Shown: positions 53,111-64,000 of the stretch, piece by piece
Numbering within the stretch: the stretch's first letter is position 1
Layout: every line of letters begins with the position of its first letter
Assembly (NCBI RefSeq): GCF_006345805.1
Contig: NC_043000.1
Coordinates: 76,570,001-76,634,000 of the forward strand
DNA: 64,000 bases
Direction of reading: 5' to 3'
Source of the DNA: Octopus sinensis
Taxonomy: Eukaryota
The notes under the pieces: model-generated
Databases searched by the model: none
Told to the model about the DNA's origin: nothing
The model's input: only the letters and a program-made list of their open reading frames with translations
Position numbers and translations under genes: made by a program

Positions 53111-56100
53111 TATGTTTGACTTTTGCTTTATGTCTGTACAAGTTGGCTCCAAGTCTCACCCAGAGACCTCAAGAGACAACAGATTGGAAGTTCTGTGCCA
53201 TATATTTGGTTTTTTTTTGTTGGTGTTGTACTAGTGAATGTCTAATACATAAAAAAAAAAATAAAAATAAGAAAAAAAAAGTTTGTTTTAAACCTTGGGA
53301 TTACATAGAGAGTATATTGCGTAGAATATGAGCAGTTCCCATGAGCACTATCTTTTGAATTTCTGCCATTTTGGGGTTTCCTGGTATCTGAGTTAGGTAG
53401 CAATCAGTCTCTTTCGCTATCATTCCCAGGGCACCTATGGCAACAGGTATTGTTTTAGTCTTCAGCTTCCACATTTTGCTGATTTCTATTTCAAGATCTT
53501 TATATTTGCTCAGGTTTTGGTAGGTCTTGACAGATACGTTTATATCGATTGGGACAGTCATATCAATGAGGAGGCATATTCTTTGTCTGAACTCTTTCAA
53601 TATGATGTCTGGCCTATTTGCATCTATCTTCCTGTCAGCTTGAATGGTGAAGTTCCAGAGGAGTGAGATGTGGTCATTTTCAAGCACTGGAGGTGGATTG
53701 TGTTCCCACCAGTTTTTTTCATGGGGCAAATCCAGGTTTTTGCAAATTACCCAGTGAATATATTGTGCAGCTCTATCATGCCTATTGAGGTACTCTGTAG
53801 GCGCTAGAAGACTGCATTTGGAGACAACATGATCAATGGTTTCATTTTGTTGTCGGCATACACGACATGTTGGGCTACTGCCGTTCTTTAATATGTTGGC
53901 CTGGTAGTTTCTTGTTGGTAGGCATTGATCTTGAGCTGCTATGATAAACCCCTCTGTTTCAGATTTTAAGCCAGAGGCCATTAGCCATTGATGGGTCAGG
54001 GCTTTGTCGATATCTGCATTATTCGCTCTCTTTGGGTATTTGCCATAGAGAGGTTTTTCTTGCCATTTATTATTCAGAATATCTAAGGCCGCAGTTTTGG
54101 CACGGGTTTTCATGCGCCTAGCTTTTTCTGTGCTTGTTTCTTGTATGTCTATCTCTAATTCCGAAATTGGTTGTATTCGGAATTCACTTAGATATTCCTT
54201 TGCCTGTTTTGTGACTGAGTATGATGCTTTCTTGTTTTCATGTTTTGAGACAAGTTTTAACATCCAGTCCTCAGACTTTTTCAGGTAGGTGTCTAGGCCA
54301 ATTGTAGCAATCTTCATTGTTATTGCCAGTTGCAAAAGACCACGGCCTCCCTCTTTTCTTGGCAGATAGAGTCGTTCTGTATCTGCCTTAGGGTGGTGCA
54401 TTCTATGCATTGTCAACAGTTTCCTTATTTTTCTGTCGAGCTGACATATTTCAGTAATTGACCAGTTAACAATATTGAAACTGTAAGTCACGACTGGTAT
54501 GGCTAATGCATTGATCGCTTCGATTCTGTTTCTTGCATTCAGCTCTGTCTTGAGTATTGCTCTCACTCTTCGATAGCATTCTCTCCTGATCCTTTCCTTC
54601 ATCTCTGAATGCCTTATTCCGTTCCCTGGGTCTAGTTCTTTTATGACATTCTGCTGGTCAAGGTTAACGTTAGATGTTTCTGTCATTTTTCCTTTGATAA
54701 AGGTAGCTTTTGCACATTTATCGAGGCCGAATTGCATTCTGGTGTCGTCACTGAATTGTTTGACTATCGCTAGTAAGCCCTTGAGTTGTTGGTCATTTTT
54801 TGCAAAAAGCTTTAAATCATCCATGTAAATGAGATGATTTATATTTTTATCAAACATTTTATACCCGTACTGCGCGTCATTGAGCAGCTTTGAGAGAGGT
54901 ATTAAGGATAAACAAAAGAGGAGTGGTGACAGTGAGTCACCCTGGAAAATGCCACACGAAATGTTTACATCACCAGCATTTAGGGATTCATTGTCACTGT
55001 TCAGAGTTAGTCTGGTTCTCCATGATCTCATACTTACATTCAAGAAGTTTCGCAGAGTAGGTGCTATCTTATACATTTCCAGGCATTTCCTAATCCAGCT
55101 ATGTGGTAGGCTATCAAAAGCCTTTTTATAGTCTATCTAGGCTATTGATAAGTTTTTGTGTCGTTTGTGACAATCTTCTAAGATCATCTTATTGATGAGT
55201 AGTTGATCTTTACAGCCGTAGGATCCACGTTTACATCCTTTCTGTTCATTAGGGAATATGCTGCTGTCTGTTAAAAAACTATAGGTATATTCCGTCAGGA
55301 CAGATGTTAGTGTTTTGTACATAGTTGTTAAGCTGGTTATGGGTCTATAGTTTTTTGGTTCATTTGTTTCTTCACTTTTTGGAAGCAGGAATGTTATCCC
55401 ATTAACTAGCCAAGGAGGCATCCTACTAGGGTGTTGCAAAACATCATTGTACAGTTCTGTTATCAGTTCATGGCTCTCTGGGAAGGCATTCAGCCAGAAG
55501 TTACGAATTTTATCCTTTCCTGGAGACTTCCATTTGCTTGACCTCCTGAGAGCAGATCTTATATCTTCTACCTTGACACCCTCCCACTTTTGCTCTTCTA
55601 AGGGGTCCAGTTCTGTAGATATTCTGTCAATTCAGGGGGCCTTTTCGTTGTGTATTTTTTCTTCTGCCCAGATTTTATTCCAAAATCCCTGCACTTCTTC
55701 TTTTGATGGTACAGACCTTGCAGTAAACGCTGTTTTTCCTATCTTCCTGTAAAAATTCTTGGTGTTATTTTTAAACATGTTGTTGTCCTTGAAAAATCTA
55801 ACACGCTTTTCATACCTCGCTATGCGGGCAGCTTTGGCATATACCTTTTGCTTGATGGTTTCTATGGTGGCATCAATATCAAGTATAGTTTTCATATTGT
55901 ATTTTTTCAGTAATTTTTGGGTTTTTGTAGGTTTGGTAGTCTTGTGAGCCTTCAGGTTTTTCAAATATTCAATGTCAGATCTAAATATTTTAATTTGTTG
56001 TTGCAGACGCTCTTGCCAAGAAGGCTTTCTGTGGGAATGTTGCCGTTTTCTAATCTTTACACCACATAGGATCGTTGAGATTTTCGCGGATGCATAGTAT

Positions 56101-57100
56101 AGGTGGTTGAGGCTTGTGATATCAACATCATTAGCTGAAATTATATCCTTAAGTGCAAGCCGGATTTTCCCAATTATTTTCATGTTTTGGTTAGAGTTGC
56201 GGATTTTAGGAAGTGTATCACGTTCATCCATGCTGGTTTCTTTAATTTTCAGCCATTCAATCATGATTTGATTTTTTAGCTCATGTAGTTCTGTTGGGTC
56301 AATATTTGTGTGACTTCCTTTATCTATTTGATGCTCATCTGTCTTAGTGTTTATGATTGGTTCAGGGAGTATTTCACTTTGCCTATCACTTATACTAACT
56401 CTTTCAATCCTCACTTCGTTTTTATCAGCCCTGGGCTGGTCTATAATTATTTCCTCTGTATTATCTTCTCTAGCTGCAGCTTCGTTCATTTTATCCGATA
56501 TTGCTTGTCTAACTTGATCAATCTCTACTTCAGTCAGTAATTTTTTTTTTTATAATGTTTCCTCTGAAGTTGGCAAGTTTGTTACTGTCTATGTAGGGTC
56601 TTACTTCAGGGTGTTTCTGTCTCCAGTTTAAGTATGCTTGTACAGTGCTAGATTTATCTGTTGGGAAATATATGGCATGGTAGAAGGCCTCAAGAACTTC
56701 TTTATTATCTTCCCTAGACCATTTCTCCTTCTTTTTCTTTTGATTATTTGGCGATGAGCATGGATGGCCATCTGTTGGAATATTCTGGTTGTGGGGTATG
56801 TCCAGCTCCTGTGTGTTGGGAAGATTTGATCCAGTAGCTGATTTTTCAATCAGAATTTGGTTCAATTTTCGGGTACGTGGTCTTTTGTAATCCGCGCAAC
56901 GACCAATGCGGTTTATTGTTTCATTTGTTGACCTTGAAGCATGACGAGCATCCATTCTTATATTAGGAGATGGATCTGTCAGTTTAGGGTTCTCTACATG
57001 TAAGCATTACTCATAGCGCAGCTTTTTAAGACTAGCAGATCTATATTCGTCTGTATTTTTTTTGTTGATAGTTTTATCTCCGAACATTTTTTTTTCTCCT
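53110..57100 (-). mobile_element. Near full-length Dong/R4-clade LINE (RT + CCHC + restriction-like endonuclease), disrupted
   Basis: NYRPITSL, EQKGC, GIFQGDSLSPLLF, YMDDLKL, CRVCRQQNETIDHVVSKC, RPDIIL...LIDMTVP...KYKDL; (TAA)n tail at about 52990-53109; several frameshifts and stops. Confidence 0.93.
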
Positions 57101-58004
57101 CTTCCTTTCTTCAAGGCTTACTCTGCCTGTATTAGTTCGAAATAATGAGAATAAAATACGGAGAAGGAAAAGAAAAGAAAGGGAAAAAGACGGGATCTGT
57201 CAGTTATTATTGTTATTACTATCACCTTCACCACCATCACCATCATCAGCAACATCACCATCACCATCATCATCATCAATGACATTGTTTTATGAGTAGC
57301 CACAGCCACCATCAACACCCCATTGTGTGGGAGAATGGTTGGTTAAAGAATTCATGTTCTTTGGGTCTATAAATATATTCGGCAGATGGTGGAGACAAAG
57401 GACGTTAATGGTCAGTAAAAGGTCAAACCTGTTTACATTTATTTATTTTATTTTATTTATTTATTAATTTTTTTTCTTTTCCTTTCTCTTTTCCTTCTCT
57501 CCACATACATATGTATATGTATATGTATACTCACTCACATATATTATCTGATGTTTACGTCGATGATTTAAAAAAAAAAAAACTTTCTGAGTTCAATGTT
57601 ATGTATATATTTTTTAAATTTCTGAATTCAGTTGTATGTATATATTAGTAGGTGCTTAATTCCATAACTTTTTATCGTGCATTTAATTGTGTTGTTACAA
57701 TAAAAGGTAATTTAAAAGGCAATTTTACACATTCTTATAGTTATGAGAGACGACTAAATGTAAATGTTCACACAGAATTGGAGATATTTATGTTTCTAAC
57801 TTTTCTTGTTAGGTGTACGTTTGTATGAGCTGTAGATATGTAAGTTTTTAAAACTTATTTTGAGGGAAATTCAAATTATTCACAGAAAACAGTAGATCTT
57901 CCAGTTTTCTACAGTTGTTTTTTTCAGTTGTCCTGCTGGGTTCGTTGTTGCCAGTTCAGAGCATCGTAAAAATACGTCCATCCTCTGTCACGTTATTATT
58001 ATTA

Positions 58005-58088
<84 letters not shown>

Positions 58089-58093
58089 TATAG

Positions 58094-58290
58094 CAGCGAG
58101 CTGGCAGAATCGCTAGCAACTCGGGCTCGATGCTTAACAGCATTCGTCTGCCTTTACGTTCTGAGTTTAAATTTCGCCGAGGTCAACTTTACTTCCCCCT
58201 CTCAGGATCGATTAAAAAGGTACCAGTTAAGTACTGGGGTCGGTGTAATCGACTTACCCCTCTATCGAAATTATTGGCCTTATGCCAAAA
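58094..58290 (+). mobile_element. SINE family C copy with (ATT)n tail
   Basis: gcgagctggcagaatcgctag...ctgagtttaaatttcgccgagg...gtaatcgactt. Confidence 0.75.
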
Positions 58291-58298
58291 TTTGAAAC

Positions 58299-58359
<61 letters not shown>

Positions 58360-58399
58360 TATTATTATTATCATCATCATCATCATCATTATTATATAT

Positions 58400-60440
58400 T
58401 TTTTACTTTTAATCTGCATGTTTGTTACAGTCATTCGCTGGGACACACCCAGCGTTCTGGGGCGAGTGAAGGATAAGAGATGCTACAGTATGACTGAAAG
58501 CTTGGGAAGGGGAAGTAGCGAAATATCTTCATGTAATACAACACAGATATTTAAATAGATATGGTTTTTATAAGGATGTAGGTAGTACTTGTAAGTACAA
58601 TCTTTTGGATTTCTTTGAGACATGGTTTCCTTGGATATTATCTAAATGTTTCTAACATCCTTTTTTTTTTTATTATACCTAGGGTACCTACAATAACAGT
58701 TCTCGCTTTAAGATACTACACCTTCTGTATTTCAATTTCCAGTTCCTCATATCTACTTAACTTGTCAAATTCCTTTACCGATATATTTTTATCAGTGGGA
58801 ACACTTAAATCTATTAGTCTACAATTATTTTCTTCCCAGTCTTTAATGACTATGTCTGGTCGATTAGCCTGGATTGTTTTGTCAGTGTTGACCGGAAACC
58901 CCCCAGAGGATATTGATATTTTACCTTCAATGACTGGCTCAGGATGATGTTCATACCAGTAAGCAGGAGTACTGATTTTTAGTGTTTACATATTTTCCAA
59001 TGTAAATACTGTCCTATCCTATCGTGGCGATTTTTGTATTCATTTGGTGTCAGCACAGGACATTCCGAGACGAGATGGTCTATTGTTTCGTCAAATGTGT
59101 CGCAGAATCTGCATTTAGGGTCAGAAACGTTTTGAAAAACTTTAGCCTGGTAGTTTTTTGTGAGCCTGGTAGTTTTTTGTGCCTTTTGAAGCCTTTAGAC
59201 TCTGCTTTCACTCCTGAACATCTCAGCCACTGATGGGCTGTTGCTTGATCTACATCAGCTTTTCGACTTCGAAGAAAATACTGTCCATGCAGAGGATTCT
59301 GGCTCCACCGCTCCTCAATTTGTTTCTGCTCGTTCTTCTTTGCAGTCTACTTGTTTGGTGGCAGTGATTTCTTCAACTATTTTAGGGTTAATATCAAGTT
59401 CCCTTGCGAATTTGCAAGCTTCCTTGACAATAGAATGTGATGTTTTGCTGCTTCCGTGTTTGCACACGAGTTGCAACGTCCAATCCTCTGTACAAGATAA
59501 GTACCTGTTCACAGCTATTGTGGAGGTCTTATAGTACAGTTCTACCTGCATCGTTCCTCTTACCCCCATTACTTCTAGGTAGGTACAAGTGATCAACATC
59601 TGCTTTTGGGTGGTGCATGTTCTTAGAAATTTTTTGTCTTCCTGACGAAGCGCTAGAGCTCTGTAAGATTTCAGGTAATGATGTTAAAACTATATTGGAC
59701 TACTGGAAGTGGAAATGGTCGATGCGATTTTTGGAGTTGAGTTCAATTTTTAGTTTGAGTTTTATTCTCCTGTAATATTCCTTTCTTATTTTTTCCTTCA
59801 TAGTAGCATGTTCTCCTTCATTTATCCCCAGGTATTTGTAAATTTGTTATGGGTCAAGCTCCTTCATGGTAGTGTCGGTATCTAATTTAATGGAAGCTGT
59901 TTTCCCGAGCTTGCCTCTTACAAAAGTTGCTTTACCACATTTATTAAGGTCGAAGTCCACCCTGATGTTATTACTGAATTCTTTAACAGCTGTTAGCAGC
60001 CCTACTAGCTCTTCGGCATTTCTAGCAAACAGCTTCATATCATCCATGTAAAACAGATGGTTTATTGTCGTATTGTAAACTTTGAACCCATACCTGAGTA
60101 ATTGACTTTTGCTCCCATAAGAATTCCTTTTACAGTATTTTTGAGCTTGTGGAAGGATAGATCTCTGTTCAAGGAAAGTGTATATTCTGTCAGTTAATAT
60201 GGATGTGAAGATCTTGTAGGTGGTGTTGAGACATGTTATTGGTCGGTAGTTCTTTGAATTTGTTGTCTTCAGTTTTTGGTTGAAGGCATGTTGTTCCTCC
60301 TGTCAGCCAAGCAGGTATTTGCTCTGGGTTCTGGATGACATCAGTCAGGGAGGCAGCTAAATTTTGGTGTACTTCTGTCAGACAATTTAGCCAGAAGTTA
60401 GGAATTCAGTCCTAGGGTTTTCCATTTGTGAGTCATCCTA
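58400..60440 (-). mobile_element. Second, more decayed Dong/R4 LINE fragment
   Basis: FYMDDMKLFA...KCGKATF, NYRPITCL, RPDIVIKD..LIDLSVP..KLSRYEELEIEI remnants; (TAA/TGA)n tail at about 58282-58393. Confidence 0.8.
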
Positions 60441-60477
60441 CTTAGTTCTTCTACTTCTATTGCTTCCCATTTCTGCC

Positions 60478-60524
<47 letters not shown>

Positions 60525-60527
<3 letters not shown>

Positions 60528-60660
60528 GACTTGGTACAAATATATATAACATACAGAAAATTGCACTACTTGGCACTGCACACATCCTACGCAAAACACT
60601 TTCAATACAGTAACCATAAGAGCATCAAACCAAACCACAGCACATACCCAAGGAATACAG
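60525..60660 (+). mobile_element. Dong/R4 3'-end fragment between (AAT)n and (ATC/ATT)n
   Basis: IQKIALLGTAHILRKTLSIQ* is homologous to the C-terminus IQKIVLMGTAHILRNILSM of the 53110 element. Confidence 0.75.
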
Positions 60661-60706
60661 AATCATCATCATCATCAAGGAATCATCATCATCATCATCA
60701 TCATCA

Positions 60707-60776
<70 letters not shown>

Positions 60777-60809
60777 CATTATTATTATTATTATTATCAT
60801 TGCGACTAG

Positions 60810-60959
60810 ATAATGCTTTACTGTGATTTACACGGCCATAGCAGGAAACACAATGTTTTTATGTACGGAAACAACACGTGTGACAACGGGAAATCTGGGA
60901 TAGCAAGTGCCAAATCTTTTCTCAATGACAGACTCTTTCCATGGATCACTGCATTACAG
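60810..60959 (+). CDS. AGBL2/3: CCP2/3-like exon with DLHGHS zinc ligand
   Basis: gcgactag|...|gtctgt; IMLYCDLHGHSRKHNVFMYGNNTCDNGKSGIASAKSFLNDRLFPWITALQ. The catalytic Glu exon was not found in the window. Confidence 0.96.
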
Positions 60960-60997
60960 GTCTGTTTGATTTTTATTTATAAATACACAAATTTAAC

Positions 60998-61089
<92 letters not shown>

Positions 61090-61090
61090 C

Positions 61091-61178
<88 letters not shown>

Positions 61179-61185
61179 CTATCTA

Positions 61186-61238
<53 letters not shown>

Positions 61239-61244
61239 ATGTCG

Positions 61245-61276
<32 letters not shown>

Positions 61277-61551
61277 ATATATATATATGTAATTATTAAG
61301 TATATAATAAAAATATAATTATAATTAAGGGCGCTGGAGTCAAGACGTATTATAATTATATTTTAATTATAATTATAAACCATATATGTAACAATTAATA
61401 CAGACTATATAGTTATACAATAGTAAGGACACTAATGAGTAGCGCCATATGCTAGAAATAGACGCCAAATGACTCTAAGAACTACATTATTTACCACATT
61501 AGCACAGGCTGAAAGCGAGTAAAATGAAAAGTGATTTTTAAAAATGGTTTA

Positions 61552-61604
61552 ACCATAGATCGATTTCTAGTTTAGGTAACTTCCTTTACCGTCTTCAGTA
61601 TGGT
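61552..61604 (-). ncRNA. Type I hammerhead motif, canonical core
   Basis: ACCATA CTGAAGA c GGTAA aggaag TTACC taaacta GAAA TCGAT C TATGGT; 6-bp stem I, palindromic stem III ATCGAT; the base of stem II is imperfect. Confidence 0.6.
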
Positions 61605-62244
61605 ACAACTCAAAGTACATAATTATAAACATTTATACATGCCCATACGAATATAATGCATCCACAAGCTAAATCTAATCCGCTCATCTCAGCCACGTGT
61701 GAATACGACCAAAAATAATCCCGGAGTAAATATACTGGTTGAAGTGGTTTATATTTATATTTATATTCTCACTGTTGCTACATCCATGGTTGGAGAGCGT
61801 CGTCTTTATAAAAAACGGCCGTGAGTTGGGTGAACTTATCATGCAAGTAGGCAATGTAGAATGTATATTTTCACGAGGTCTCTAAACTTGGAAGGGTTGC
61901 TAGACCCCATAGGGATGATGACGAAGTTATTTACTGTGTCGTTTCTAGTCTCAGCCTCTTATCGAACCTGATAATAGTTCGATGGGCTGTAAGGATAGAT
62001 CGGAGCTTTATTTATTGCAAATATGATTTGTATCGCCTGTCATTTTATCGGAATTTTCTGTCTAATCTCGGTATGAAACGAACTGTATGTGATTCTTGAT
62101 TACTAAATTTTCTTGGGCATATTTATGCCCGAGACTAACAAACTGCGTTTTACCACAGTCACTCTATTAATCCAACAACAATGTTATATATATGTATATA
62201 TTTATATACATACATATATACATATGCATATGTCTGTGTGTATA

Positions 62245-62315
<71 letters not shown>

Positions 62316-62471
62316 AAGTACGTATACATACATGCAAACACAGCACACACATATATACACATATATAATTGCATATATATATTAGACAATGGAGAACAGA
62401 ACGCGACTTCAAAAAGGGTTTCAGTAAACCTTCCCTGTCCAAATTATATATCAAATTATATATAAACAAAA

Positions 62472-62509
62472 CTGTCCGACGAACGGGTACGTGAAACTCT
62501 GAGTAACAC
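62472..62509 (+). ncRNA. Type I minimal hammerhead motif in a short pLTR-like insert (about 62385-62542)
   Basis: CTGT CCGACGA ACG ggta CGT GAAA CTCTGAGT A ACAC; perfect 3-bp stem II; downstream gctgctttgcaataaag(TA)n resembles the 33514 family. Confidence 0.7.
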
Positions 62510-62560
62510 TTTTTGTGATATGTTTGCTGCTTTGCAATAAAGTATATATATATATATATA

Positions 62561-63322
62561 CAGGGGTTGGTCAAAGTAATGGAAACACCTTAAAATTTCA
62601 AACAAATTTATTTTAATATGGGGTAGAACCGCCTTTGGCATTAATTACTGCTTGGATTCTAAGAGGTATGGACTTGTACAAAGTTTGAATTGTTTCCAAA
62701 GGAATTTTTGTCCATTCTTCAGCTAAAACAGTCTCCAGTACTTGTAGTGATGATGGTGGAGGATATCGACTCCTTACTTGTTTTTCTAAAATGCACGATA
62801 AATATTCAATAATATCGAGATCTGTGGACTGTGGTGGCCACATAAGATGTTCAACTTCACCAGAATGTTCCTCGTGTCATTCAGTAACAACTTTAGCTGA
62901 AAGATTTCGTTTCCTTCCGGAAACAGTTTTGCAACTATAGGATGAATTTGATCAGATAAAATGCTCTAGGGACCAATTCCACTGCTCTAGGGACTAATTC
63001 TGTAGGTTTTTTTACTCCACTCTAAACGCTTTGCAACGTTTGGTTTTTGAAAGTAGTGGTTTTCTGATTGCAGCCCTCCCGTGAAATCCGGCTTTGTGCA
63101 AGCTCCCAGCGAACACTTTTTGTGGAAACTGGGTTCTCGACGCGGTTATTAAGCTCTGCAGTAATTTTGGGAGCTGTACATTTGTGAGCCTTTCTAACAA
63201 TTCGCGTCAAGCGTCCGACGGTCCCTATCTGAAAGTTTTGGTTTTCTTCCGGAGTTTTGATTCAACGAGGAGGTTTTTCCCCCCGTTCTCATAGGCTGCC
63301 ATTACTTCTTGATACAACAAAC
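62561..63322 (-). mobile_element. Tc1-like transposon fragment (same family as 48002-49648)
   Basis: TIR caggggttggtcaaagtaatggaaacacc; WPPQSTDLDIIEYL...AVINAKGGSTPY; HKAGFHGRAAIRKPLLSK. Confidence 0.85.
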
Positions 63323-63840
63323 ATTCGTTTTTTGTGCTAAGCCACTGGTAATAATAATTTATTATTACCCTATTTTATTATGTTTAAATATTGTTTGATA
63401 AATTTGTTCGAAATTTTTACCGGCATCCTCTCTGTCGCCGGGTATAATTTGCGTCTGCGCAGTGGTTTGAAAAGTTAGGATTTACAAACCGTTAGTTCTA
63501 CGTGTGGATCTGGCGGCCTGTATGTCTGAAATCTAAAGGCTGTCCCACTGAAGAAAACTGGCCTTCAGCGAGTATTTTTTTGCTGGAAATAGTTAGAAAC
63601 CGCTGTCTGGGAAATAGTTGAGATGGTACACGTTTTTAATTTTCATTCCTTTCGTGAATTTATCCATTTTTGTTGGTTTTGAGATTTCTACTGCTCTTTC
63701 TAGCACAACGCTTTCCTATTTGGAAGCCTCTTATTGTATTTATATATGAATAATATATAGTCTAATGACTAATTCGTTTTTTGTGCTAGGCCACTGGTAA
63801 TAATAATTTATTATTACCCTATTTTATTATGTTTAAATAT
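63323..63840 (+). mobile_element. Non-coding HHR-containing element with 69-bp terminal redundancy (retrozyme/pLTR-like)
   Basis: 63323-63391 = 63772-63840 (1 mismatch), period 449 bp, HHR at 63543-63612, followed by (TA)n. Confidence 0.6.
63543..63612 (+). ncRNA. Type I hammerhead motif, canonical core, long stem II
   Basis: TCCCA CTGAAGA a AACT..TTCAGC..GCTGGA..AGTT a GAAA CCGCTGT C TGGGA; stem I TCCCA/TGGGA, GUC triplet. Confidence 0.65.
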
Positions 63841-64000
63841 ATATATATATATATTTTTAAAGAGTATAACAATTCAATTAGTATGAAATCAAATTTCACA
63901 ATATAAATATATAATATATATAAATTAGAGAAAAACTATTATTATGCAATTAAAATAATGATAGACATAAACCAAATCATGAATAAAAAATATTATATAT

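Noticed and set aside
59642-59660. CTGACGA with short hairpin
   Set aside because: No GAAA; it is the antisense of Dong RT coding sequence.

Overview
AT-rich, microsatellite-dense animal genomic DNA, most likely octopus (inferred from tRNA-derived SINE families, abundant Dong/R4 LINEs and (TA)n/(CATA)n density; not verified by search). One host gene is visible. A + strand cytosolic carboxypeptidase of the CCP2/3 (AGBL2/AGBL3-like, M14D) type has 8 well-supported exons from 25789 to 60959, plus a probable upstream exon at 14837-15047. Splice phases are consistent across all nine, and the gene continues beyond the window. The rest is mostly repeats: mariner, maT-like and Tc1 DNA transposons; RTE, CR1/L2-like, Tx1/L1-like and Dong/R4 LINEs; at least three tRNA-derived SINE families; and many Penelope-like element (PLE) pieces. 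Main findings: (1) about a dozen type I minimal hammerhead ribozyme (HHR) motifs from several PLE-related families, many with non-canonical cores (U4C, A6U/C, extra A after A9, compensatory A3-U8), several lying sense to the CCP pre-mRNA. (2) A non-coding, terminally redundant 449-bp HHR unit resembling a retrozyme or circRNA-derived insertion (63323-63840). (3) Two different internally deleted Tx1-like LINEs, each inserted with a 14-bp target-site duplication (TSD) inside the head of a tRNA-derived SINE. (4) A near-perfect 1.26-kb PLE palindrome and several fold-back hairpins at PLE 5' ends. All folds and alignments were done by eye.
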